Part shown: piece by piece, positions 55,586 through 63,648 of the stretch
How the letters are laid out: the number at the start of each line of letters is the position of its first letter
Position numbering within the stretch: position 1 is the first letter of the stretch
Assembly (NCBI GenBank): GCA_017414715.1
Contig: JAFQKV010000119.1
Location: 8,968 to 72,967, forward strand
Length of the DNA stretch: 64,000 bases
Direction of reading: 5' to 3'
Origin: Clostridia bacterium
Lineage (GTDB): Bacteria > Bacillota > Clostridia > Oscillospirales > QAMX01
Translations under genes and position numbers: made by a program
The notes under the pieces: model-generated
Seen by the model: only the letters and a program-made list of their open reading frames with translations
What the model was told of the DNA's origin: nothing
Databases searched by the model: none

Positions 55586-57364
55586 TCAGTCACGCTCCAC
55601 TTCAATAATATCGCATTTCGGCACATAATCCGAAAGAGAAAGCTCCCAGACGGTGCCCGCCTCCGTCTCCTCCCGGAGGGAGAAGCCGAATTTTTCATAC
55701 AGGTCCCGTACCATGCCGTTCTTTGCGGTGGGCAGATAATAGCCCCGCAGGGTCTCCGCCCCGGCCGCCGCCGCCTTTGCGGCGAGGGCATCCAGCATGG
55801 CGTATTCCATATCCCGCTTCAGCACGCGGCAGCTCATCAGCCACAGGCGGATGTGGAAGGTGCTTCCCTCCCGCTCCGCCGCGGTGACGGCAACCACGCC
55901 GTTGTCCCCAAAGCGGTCGGAGAGCTTACCGTAAAGGGTGATGAAGTCCCCGCTTTCCGCCATCCGGGCGATATCCGTTTCGGCACAGCGCAGGGTTGTA
56001 AGGTTAAACTGATTGGATTTGTTGGTCAGCTGGGCGATGCGGGCAATGTAGAGAGGGGAAAAGCCCTTGATCTCCGCATGCATACGGAGACTTTTCAGAT
56101 ATTCGCGGTAATCGGCAAAGGAAGTCTCCAGCTTTGCGCGCTCGGCGTTCTGCCGGTACATATCCGCCCGGGCGAGATCGTCCGCCGACAGGGTCGCCGG
56201 CTCGAAATAGCCGCCCCGATCGAGGATACGGGCATATTTCTCCGGTGCATCAAAGGGCGGCACCGCCGCCTCCGGGAAGGAATCGGAAACGATCTTTCGC
56301 TCCGCCGGGTTGTCATCGCAGAAGACGATGCTCTCCGGCAGGATGTTCAGCTCCTTGGCAAGGGCGGCAAAATTGCGGTCCTTGGGGGCCCAGTTGGCAA
56401 AAACCGCGGCAAAATCCACCGGACGGAGAGTACCTTCGGGATGATTTAAGCCCGCAAGGGCGTTTTCCTCGTCATTTTTCGAAATGACCGAGAGCAGCAC
56501 GCCCCGGGATCGCATTTCCGAGAGCCAGGCCTGAAATTCCGAATAGACCTGTCCGCCGGGGGTCTCGTGGCCAATCTCGATGCCTTCCACGCCGTCGTCT
56601 CCCACAACACCGCCCCACAGGGTGTTATCCAGATCCAGCGCCAGCGCCTTCTTTGCCTTGCCCCAGACGGAGAGAATGATGCGGGAAAGATTATAGGCAA
56701 GCTCCGGCACCGCCTCCGGTGCGGGGCTGTATTTGTAGAGGTGCCACGCCTTGCCGTCATGCCAGCGGCCAAGACCGATATCGGCGGAAAGGGTGTCGAT
56801 ATCATTGATATAAAAGCCGCGGTGGGCTCTCGCATACTCTCCCATGCGGCGGTTAAGCTCCGCCGTCATATAGGTGCGGCCGTGAAGATCCCAGGCATCG
56901 CGGTTTCCGTAGATGCGCAGGGGCGGCTTTTCAAAATTATTCTGCACAATGGGGCAGTCAAACCGGCGGGCAAGCGCCTCCCAGGCAGCGGTAAAGCGGG
57001 CAAACTCCGCCGAGATGACTGCCTCAGCCTCCGTCGCATCGGCAGCAGGTGCCGGGTATGCGGAAATGTTCCGCACGCCGGTGTGGATGACCGCCAGCTC
57101 CGGGCAGAACTCCTCCAGCGCGGCACCGAACACGGCATCCTCCCACCATGCGCCGAAATCACTTTCGTAAAACTCGGGGTCGATGCCCTCGTCCAGCAAA
57201 AAAAGCTCCAGAATCTCCTTAAGATCGTGGGTGGTGGAGCCGCCGAGGATAGCGATGCGCCGGGGGGTGCGGACGCATCCGTCCTCCCGCAGCTCCCGCC
57301 GGATGCGGCGGCGCCGCCGCAGGATCTCCGCCCCGTCAAAGGGATATCGCAGCAGTTCGTGCAT
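55586..57364 (-). CDS. FkbH-like HAD-IIIC phosphatase / acyl-loading enzyme
   Basis: 592 aa. HAD motif I LDLDNTLWGG, plus SKNDE and FCDDNPAE. The C-terminal GNAT-like domain carries LMSCRVLKRDME. The extra ~240-aa N-terminal domain is not recognised. Confidence 0.8.
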   Translation of the reverse strand: MHELLRYPFDGAEILRRRRRIRRELREDGCVRTPRRIAILGGSTTHDLKEILELFLLDEGIDPEFYESDFGAWWEDAVFGAALEEFCPELAVIHTGVRNISAYPAPAADATEAEAVISAEFARFTAAWEALARRFDCPIVQNNFEKPPLRIYGNRDAWDLHGRTYMTAELNRRMGEYARAHRGFYINDIDTLSADIGLGRWHDGKAWHLYKYSPAPEAVPELAYNLSRIILSVWGKAKKALALDLDNTLWGGVVGDDGVEGIEIGHETPGGQVYSEFQAWLSEMRSRGVLLSVISKNDEENALAGLNHPEGTLRPVDFAAVFANWAPKDRNFAALAKELNILPESIVFCDDNPAERKIVSDSFPEAAVPPFDAPEKYARILDRGGYFEPATLSADDLARADMYRQNAERAKLETSFADYREYLKSLRMHAEIKGFSPLYIARIAQLTNKSNQFNLTTLRCAETDIARMAESGDFITLYGKLSDRFGDNGVVAVTAAEREGSTFHIRLWLMSCRVLKRDMEYAMLDALAAKAAAAGAETLRGYYLPTAKNGMVRDLYEKFGFSLREETEAGTVWELSLSDYVPKCDIIEVERD

Positions 57365-57409
57365 GGGGTTTTCGCACCTCCCGAAAAAATCATAATCCTA
57401 CAGGATATC

Positions 57410-57438
57410 AGTATAGCATACCCGGCTTTCCCCGTCAA
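57410..57438 (-). promoter_or_regulatory. sigma-A promoter TTGACG-17-TATACT of the FkbH-ACP-MBOAT-DltD-like operon
   Basis: The minus strand reads TTGACGGGGAAAGCCGGGTATGCTATACT. A GGGAGG RBS precedes the ATG at 57364. Confidence 0.65.
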
Positions 57439-57439
57439 T

Positions 57440-57471
57440 AAAAGCGGGACGGAAGCCAGCGCTTCCGTCCC
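57440..57471 (-). terminator. rho-independent terminator after the upstream PHP gene
   Basis: GGGACGGAAGC-GCTG-GCTTCCGTCCC is followed by GCTTTTATTG on the minus strand. Confidence 0.8.
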
Positions 57472-57490
57472 GTTTTCGGTCGTGAAAATA

Positions 57491-58906
57491 TCAGTATGCG
57501 AAATATTTCTTCTGCAGGGCTTCCACACGGCCGTGGAGAAGGTTGAGCAGCTCGCCGGCCTTCTCATCACCGCAGCGGTAGTCCTTCATCAGGCGGCCTT
57601 CCTCAAAGCAGAGCTCATCATGCAGGGGGAAGTAGTACTCCAGCAGGAAGCGGCCAAACTGCACGAAGCGGAAGTCGCCCGCAAGGCGCGGCTCACGGCT
57701 GATGTTGTCGATGCAGACGGTGTACTTGTCCTTGATGGACTCGATGAGGCTCTTGCGCTCGTTCTCCGGCGCGAAGACCACCGTGGCACCCACGTTCCAG
57801 CCGGGATTGTTGATGGTGGAATGGCCGTCGGAGACACCCACGACGGGGAAGTCGAGACCGCGGGCGCGGGCCTGCATGTATTTGTATACCTGATACTCGT
57901 TCTGCTCCAGATAGGTCTCGCCGCCCAGCAGCTCAAAGGCATCGAACTCGCCGGATGCAAAGAGGGCATCGGTAAGGTTCTCGGGCACGTTGAGCGCACC
58001 GCCCTGGATCCAGTAAGGATGGCAGAAGATGGCCAGGCCGTCCGCCTCACGGATCTTGCGGAACTCCCAGATGCAGGCGGCATAGGTGAAGCGGTCAACA
58101 CCCTCGGGGATGTCCAGCTCGTCGGCAAGCTTCATGACCTCGGCGCGGAACTCGTCATCCGTCATGATGGGACGGGTCTCACCGGTGAAGGAGCGGACGG
58201 AAGCGTCGGTGCCGAACTCCACGTTGTTTAAGCAGGATTCCACCTGGCTTGCCACGCTCCACAGGCCGCCGAAGTTGACGATGTGCACGCGGCTGTCCGG
58301 CAGGTGGCACTCCTCACCGGGGCAGAGATTCAGATCGATTTTGACATCCTTAAAGGCCTCGATGGCCTCCAGAGAGCCGTAGTACCTGTGATGGTCGGTG
58401 ATGGCGAGGAAGTCGTAGCCGCCCTTGCGGAAGTTTGCGGCGACGATGGCGGGATCCTCCCGTCCGTCGGAGCGGTTGGAATGCAGATGCAGATCGCCCC
58501 GGAAGGGATAGCGGCCCTTCATGTCCGCATGGAGGCTGTAGACCGAGAGGCGGATCTTGGGCTGCTTTTTGCCGATGATCTCATCAAAGATGATATACCA
58601 CGGTTGCTCGCCAGTGAAGGTGAAATCAAAACGGATGCAGCCGTCGGCATCGGGTGTCAGCTTCAGGGTGGTGATGAGGCTCTCCTCCCGGGTGTTGGAG
58701 ATAGTGGCATAGTCCCGGTCATTGCGGGGCTGCACAAAGACGGTATACTCATGGCCCTGCTCGAAGGCGGCGTGCCAGCCGAGAGGCTTGATGGTCACGC
58801 GGGCAGGCTCGTTCTCGATAAACACCTTGGGAAAAACGTCGTAGCTGTGCATATCGTCGCTCATTTTGCCGGCGCCGAATTTTTCACGCAGTTTGGGGTC
58901 GTTCAT
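57491..58906 (-). CDS. PHP-domain metal-dependent phosphoesterase with N-terminal beta-sandwich
   Basis: Start set at MNDPKLREKF (GCGGAGG RBS), giving 471 aa. PHP motifs GDLHLHSNRSDG and LAITDHH. Confidence 0.75.
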   Translation of the reverse strand: MNDPKLREKFGAGKMSDDMHSYDVFPKVFIENEPARVTIKPLGWHAAFEQGHEYTVFVQPRNDRDYATISNTREESLITTLKLTPDADGCIRFDFTFTGEQPWYIIFDEIIGKKQPKIRLSVYSLHADMKGRYPFRGDLHLHSNRSDGREDPAIVAANFRKGGYDFLAITDHHRYYGSLEAIEAFKDVKIDLNLCPGEECHLPDSRVHIVNFGGLWSVASQVESCLNNVEFGTDASVRSFTGETRPIMTDDEFRAEVMKLADELDIPEGVDRFTYAACIWEFRKIREADGLAIFCHPYWIQGGALNVPENLTDALFASGEFDAFELLGGETYLEQNEYQVYKYMQARARGLDFPVVGVSDGHSTINNPGWNVGATVVFAPENERKSLIESIKDKYTVCIDNISREPRLAGDFRFVQFGRFLLEYYFPLHDELCFEEGRLMKDYRCGDEKAGELLNLLHGRVEALQKKYFAY

Positions 58907-59072
58907 ATTTGTACCTCCGCCAGTATTTTTCACCATTATACACCCTCGGGAAGAAAAAGCAAACCCCGCAGCAATGAAATTTTGCAATTTTCTCCCGTAA
59001 GGGGATATACGGCGGGACGGATTTATGTTAAACTGTTTTCAGAAACGATCCATTTCTACAAGGAGACCCGCC

Positions 59073-59813
59073 ATGATCGCACGCGAACGCATCCTCGCCC
59101 GATTGGACGAACATCTTGCCAAAAACGACTACGCAGCCGCCGAGCGCCATCTTTGCTACTGGGCGGCGGAGGCTCGCGCCGCAAGGGATACCGCAGCGGA
59201 GCTGCTGGTGGAAAGCGAGCTCATGGGCATCTATCGCAAATGCGGCCGCCGGGAGGATGCCCTTGCCGCCGCCGAAAGGGGCATAGCCCTCGTCCGCAGA
59301 CTTGGCATCGCCCATCAGGTGGGTGCCGCCACGGTCATGCTCAACGCCGCCACCGTCTTCAAGGCCTTCGGGCAGACCGATGATGCAATTGCCCTCTTCC
59401 GCGAGGTAACGTCCGTCTATGAGGCCGAGCTTTCGCCGGAGGACGTGCGGCTTGCCGGGCTTTACAACAATATGGCCCTTGCCCTGGTGGATGCCGGTGC
59501 CTATGCCGAAGCCCGCGAGCTGTATGCCCGTGCCCTCGTGCTGACGGAGCGCCGTCCCGAGGATGCGCCGGAGGCCGCCGTCACCTGCCTGAATCTTGCC
59601 AGCGCCGCCGAGGCGGAGCTGGGGCCGGAGACCGCCGCGGAGGAGATCGGCCTTTTGCTCGACCGGGCGGAGGCCCATCTGGAGGCCGCCCCGGTGCGGG
59701 ATGCAAATTATGCCTTCGTCTGCGAAAAATGCGCTCCGGTCTTTGACTATTACGGACGGTTTTTCTTTGCCGAAGAAATTGCCCGCCGGGCAGAGGAGAT
59801 CCGCCGGGCATGA
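59073..59813 (+). CDS. TPR-repeat protein
   Basis: Start set at MIARERIL (AAGGAGA RBS), giving 246 aa. Several 34-aa helical repeats (MGIYRKCGRREDALAAAERGIAL, NNMALALVDAGAYAEARELYARAL). Confidence 0.7.
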   Translation: MIARERILARLDEHLAKNDYAAAERHLCYWAAEARAARDTAAELLVESELMGIYRKCGRREDALAAAERGIALVRRLGIAHQVGAATVMLNAATVFKAFGQTDDAIALFREVTSVYEAELSPEDVRLAGLYNNMALALVDAGAYAEARELYARALVLTERRPEDAPEAAVTCLNLASAAEAELGPETAAEEIGLLLDRAEAHLEAAPVRDANYAFVCEKCAPVFDYYGRFFFAEEIARRAEEIRRA

Positions 59814-60739
59814 AGGGACTTGAGCTTTGCCGCCGCTATTATGCGGAGTTCGGCGCGCCGATGCTTTCGGCGCAGTTTGCGGAGGTGCTTCCCCACGTGG
59901 CCGTGGGGCTTCTCGGCCCCGGCTCAGAGTGCCTCGGCTACGATGACGACATCTCGCAGGATCACGATTTTGAGCCGGGCTTCTGCATTTTTCTCCCCGG
60001 CGAAGATATTATCGACCGCCGCACGGAATTTGCCCTTTCCCGGGCCTATGCAAAGCTGCCCCGGGAGTTTCTCGGCTTTGTTCGCAGCCCCCTTTCCCCC
60101 GTGGGCGGCAGCCGCCACGGAGTCATCCGCCGGGAGGAGCTGCTTCTGCGCACCACCGGCACCCCCGACGGTGTCATCCGTCTGCCGCAGTGGCTTCATC
60201 TGCCCGAGCAGAGCCTTCTTGAGCTCACCGCAGGCGAGCTCTGGCACGACGGAGACGGTGCCTTTTCCGCCCTCCGCACCGCCTTTTCCCGGCTGCCGGA
60301 GGATGTGCGCCGCAAGAAGCTTGCGGGAGAGCTTCTGCTCATGGGGCAGGCTGGACAGTACAACCATCCCCGCTGCGCTGCGCGGAAGGATGCGGGTGCC
60401 GCCGCCCTTGCCGCGGCGGAGTTTGCCAAAAGCACGCTGCATGCCGCCCATCTTCTGGAGCAAAGATATATGCCCTATTATAAATGGGCTTTCCGCTCCC
60501 TGCGCGGTCTTCCCCGCCTCGCATCCCTTTCCGAGCCGCTGGAGGAACTGCTTTGCGGCGCAGAGAGCGAAGCGCGGCAGGCGCTCATCGAATCGGTTTG
60601 CGCGGAGCTCATCGCCGTCCTTCGCGCCGATGGGCTTTCCGACCGGCCGGAGACGGCCTGCGAGGCCCACGCCTACGCCGTCAACGACGGCATCCGGGAT
60701 ACCGCCCTTCGCACCGCACATATCCTTGCGGGGGTATAA
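59810..60739 (+). CDS. DUF4037-like (nucleotidyltransferase-fold-associated) protein
   Basis: 309 aa. N-terminus LELCRRYYAEFGAPML...VGLLGPGSECLGYDDDISQDHDFEPGF matches my recollection of DUF4037. Has a 4-nt overlap with the TPR gene. Confidence 0.55.
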   Translation: MKGLELCRRYYAEFGAPMLSAQFAEVLPHVAVGLLGPGSECLGYDDDISQDHDFEPGFCIFLPGEDIIDRRTEFALSRAYAKLPREFLGFVRSPLSPVGGSRHGVIRREELLLRTTGTPDGVIRLPQWLHLPEQSLLELTAGELWHDGDGAFSALRTAFSRLPEDVRRKKLAGELLLMGQAGQYNHPRCAARKDAGAAALAAAEFAKSTLHAAHLLEQRYMPYYKWAFRSLRGLPRLASLSEPLEELLCGAESEARQALIESVCAELIAVLRADGLSDRPETACEAHAYAVNDGIRDTALRTAHILAGV

Positions 60740-60748
60740 CTGCAGCAA

Positions 60749-60784
60749 AACCCCGGCCTGCGAGCTTTTTCGCAGGCCGGGGTT
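60749..60784. terminator. bidirectional hairpin terminator between convergent genes
   Basis: AACCCCGGCCTGCG-loop-CGCAGGCCGGGGTT (14 bp). Confidence 0.75.
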
Positions 60785-60791
60785 CTCATAT

Positions 60792-61649
60792 TTATTTCGG
60801 AAAGCTTCGATAGACCTTGCCTGCCTCCAGGGTCACGCCTCGGGCGGCGGCAAGCTCCTCCACGGTGACCAGCTGCCAGCCCTTTTCCACAAACCAGGGG
60901 ATCAGGATTTCGCAGGCCTCGGCCGTGGTATCATAGAGATCATGCATGAGGATAATATCCCCATCTGCCGCCGATTCCTGGATGCTTTTGATGATCACGT
61001 CAGCATCCCGTGTCTTCCAGTCCTCGGGGTCGCGGTTCCAGGAGATAACGGGCTTGCCCACCGCGGCCACCACACGGTTGTTCTTCAGTCCGTAGGGCAG
61101 GCGCACGACGGTATTTGCTTTTCCGGCCGCGGCAAGAATGGCGGCATCCGTCTTCTGCATGTCCTTTACAATGCTCTCGTTTGAAAGAGAGGTCAGCTGC
61201 GCGTGGGACCAGGAGTGGCTCGCCACCTGACAGCCGAGCGCAGCCTCACGGCGGACGATTTCCGTGCGGCTGCCCACACGGTTGCCCACAACAAAGAAGG
61301 TTGCACGGCCGTTGACCGCCTCGAGGGCCGCGAGAATGCGCTCCGTCACGGGGACGTAGGGCCCGTCATCAAAGGTGAGGGCCACCATCGGCTTCTCCGG
61401 ACCCACGCCGTCCTTCTGCCAGATGGCGGGACAGGGTGTCGGGGTGGGCAGAGGTGTCGGCGTCGGGGTGGGTGTTGGTGTCGGCAGAGGGGTCGGCGTC
61501 GGCAGAGGGGTCGGCGTCGGGCTGACGGAGACGAATTCAAGCAGCGTTCCGGGGCCCGGCACGGGCAGTACCGGCCTCCACACAAGGCAGAGAAGCACCG
61601 CCGCAAACAAAATGAGTGTGCACCGCAGGATGCGCCGAAAAGTTTTCAT
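60792..61649 (-). CDS. polysaccharide/peptidoglycan deacetylase (NodB domain) with TM anchor and Pro-Thr linker
   Basis: 285 aa. NodB motifs TFDDGP, HSWSH, RLPYG and ILMHD. Confidence 0.88.
   Translation of the reverse strand: MKTFRRILRCTLILFAAVLLCLVWRPVLPVPGPGTLLEFVSVSPTPTPLPTPTPLPTPTPTPTPTPLPTPTPCPAIWQKDGVGPEKPMVALTFDDGPYVPVTERILAALEAVNGRATFFVVGNRVGSRTEIVRREAALGCQVASHSWSHAQLTSLSNESIVKDMQKTDAAILAAAGKANTVVRLPYGLKNNRVVAAVGKPVISWNRDPEDWKTRDADVIIKSIQESAADGDIILMHDLYDTTAEACEILIPWFVEKGWQLVTVEELAAARGVTLEAGKVYRSFPK
61434..61520 (-). repeat. tandem 6/12-nt repeats encoding a (PT)n/PLPTPT linker
   Basis: Encodes PTPTPLPTPTPLPTPTPTPTPTPLPTPTP. The DNA shows GGTGTCGG/GGGGTCGGCGTCGGCAGA repeats. Confidence 0.85.
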
Positions 61650-61686
61650 TTCGGTCTGTATATCTTCTTTCTGATCAAAACGATCG

Positions 61687-62670
61687 TTATTTCAGCACGA
61701 TGATGGCATTGGTTCCGCCTTCCACCACGTCCACGGTGTAGGCATTTCCCCTGTCATCGGTCAGGGTATAGCGGCCGAGATCCGCGCCGGCAAGCTTCAG
61801 CTTTCCGCCGGAGGAGGAGGTTACCTCTCCCTCATAGCCCCAGGGACCGGTGACGGTGAAATGCTCCCCGGAGATCTTTCTGTCACCCTTCCAGACTACG
61901 GCATTGAGATCTGCCGGGGGCTCAAAATAGGAATATATCTGGGCGACGTAGTTGTAAATGCCGTTGGTGCGCACCCGGTCTGCCCGCATACGGCCCACGC
62001 CGTCCTGTCCGCAGTGCCAGATGAGCACGTTACCGGCGGAATCCCGTCCGGCGTACATGCCCACGTGCTGGTGATCGGAGGAAACACCGCCGAAGACCAC
62101 GAGATCGCCGAGCTGCGCATCCGCAAGATCCACCTTGCGCAGGGGACCGGAGTTCTGCTTGCAGTAAAAGCGCACGCTCTTATACAGAGCGCTCGGTGCC
62201 TGCAGGCCGTTGACGGCATCGGCATAGACATCATTCTTCAGTATATTGTAAAAAAGCCACGTTATGTAGCCCGCACAGCAGAAACCGCCGCTCTCACCCC
62301 GCTCCAGCACCTCCTCCAGGGTGATATCATAGTCGTAGCCCGGCAGATCGTAGACCAGCTTCGAGCCCTTTGTGGGGTGGGCCAGAGGGTTCAGGATCAG
62401 GCAGGTCTCCACGATCTTATCCCAGGCGCTGTGAGGCAGCAGCTGATAGCCCTTCTGCTGGGAAAGGGAGGGTGGCTCCGCCGGCAGCACCTCGGGCTTG
62501 GGGCTTTCGGGGATAACGATGGGCGTTGGGGTCGGCTTCGGAGTCGGTGTCGCCGCCGGCGTGGGCTCGGGGGAGACCGGCGTTTCCGCCGGAGTGCAGC
62601 CCGCCGCTGCGAAAAGAAGGGCCGCCGCAAGCAGCCCGAAAAGCAATCTTCTGAGCATATGTCCGTCCAT
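61687..62670 (-). CDS. NlpC/P60-family lipoprotein with Pro-Thr-rich linker and C-terminal beta domain
   Basis: Lipobox LLFAAAGC. Linker PEPTPAATPTPKPTPTP. Catalytic context GGFCCAGYITW and GDLVVFGG...HQHVGMYAG. The start (62670 vs 62658) is uncertain. Confidence 0.75.
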   Translation of the reverse strand: MDGHMLRRLLFGLLAAALLFAAAGCTPAETPVSPEPTPAATPTPKPTPTPIVIPESPKPEVLPAEPPSLSQQKGYQLLPHSAWDKIVETCLILNPLAHPTKGSKLVYDLPGYDYDITLEEVLERGESGGFCCAGYITWLFYNILKNDVYADAVNGLQAPSALYKSVRFYCKQNSGPLRKVDLADAQLGDLVVFGGVSSDHQHVGMYAGRDSAGNVLIWHCGQDGVGRMRADRVRTNGIYNYVAQIYSYFEPPADLNAVVWKGDRKISGEHFTVTGPWGYEGEVTSSSGGKLKLAGADLGRYTLTDDRGNAYTVDVVEGGTNAIIVLK

Positions 62671-62883
62671 TTCCGAAAATCGGAGCGCATCGCCCCGGAA
62701 TTTTTGTTTTTTCCATATACGCGGGCAGTTTATTATACACCTTAGCCCGGTATTGTGCAAGTTTCTTTGCATTTTATTCTTGACTGTTTTTACAAAAGGA
62801 AGTATACTCTATGCGAGGCTGCCTCCCGGGAGAAAAACCGGCGCAGCAATGAAAAGTTTTGCATGCAGAAAGGAAATCCTGCC

Positions 62884-63645
62884 ATGTCTCTGATGAATGA
62901 ATTTTTTGACATTGTCCGCTCTCAGGTCGACAAGGTCCAGTCCACCCAGGGTGATGCCATCCAGCGCGCCGCTGCCCTCACCGCCGAGTCCATTGCAAAC
63001 GGCGGCATCTTCTATATCTATGACCGCGGTCATCTGCTCTCTCAGGAGCTGCTGCACCGCGCCGGCGGTCCTGCCTTCGTGCGCAAGATGACCTTTGATC
63101 TTCCCAATATGCGCTTTGGCTTCGGCTCCAATCCTCCCAAGTGCCGCGCCGATGCCACCGATCTGAAGCAGTATACCGAGGACTTTGAGGACAAGTGCAT
63201 TGAGGCCATCATGGTGCAGAACTGCATGAAGGCCGGCGACGTACTCTTCTACAACTCCGTGTCCGGCAGCGGCCGTGTCACCATCTCCGTTGCCCGCACC
63301 GCAAAGCGCCTCGGCATCAAGCTCATCGTTCTCACCAACAAGGCCACCAATGACCGCATCGGTGAGCACGACGAAAGCCTCAAGCTCTATAAGTATGCCG
63401 ACGTTTACATGGACAACTGCGTCATCGACGGTGACGCCGCCGTGACCTACGAGGGCTGCGATGAGCGCATCCTGCCCATGTCCGGCATCTCCGCCGCCTT
63501 CGTGGGCTGGGCGTATATCGCCGCCACCATCGAGGAGCTCAACGCCCGCGGCATCAAGCCCACCGTTTACCGCTCCGTCAGCTCCGTCGGCGGTCCCGAG
63601 CAGCTGCAGGAAGCCTACAAGCGCTACGACGAGCTCGGGTATTGA
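62884..63645 (+). CDS. SIS-domain protein (UPF0309-like)
   Basis: Start set at MSLMNEFFDIV, giving 253 aa. Contains IANGGIFYIYDRGH and VLFYNSVSGSG. Confidence 0.65.
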   Translation: MSLMNEFFDIVRSQVDKVQSTQGDAIQRAAALTAESIANGGIFYIYDRGHLLSQELLHRAGGPAFVRKMTFDLPNMRFGFGSNPPKCRADATDLKQYTEDFEDKCIEAIMVQNCMKAGDVLFYNSVSGSGRVTISVARTAKRLGIKLIVLTNKATNDRIGEHDESLKLYKYADVYMDNCVIDGDAAVTYEGCDERILPMSGISAAFVGWAYIAATIEELNARGIKPTVYRSVSSVGGPEQLQEAYKRYDELGY

Positions 63646-63648
63646 GCC

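Noticed and set aside
56567-58231. 554-aa ORF on the plus strand
   Set aside because: It spans the opposite strand of two separate, well-supported genes (the FkbH-like and PHP genes) and crosses their terminator and promoter. It is low-complexity.
61434-61520. Short tandem repeats that might suggest a CRISPR array or satellite
   Set aside because: The units are 6-18 nt with no spacers. They lie in-frame inside a NodB deacetylase gene and simply encode a Pro-Thr linker.
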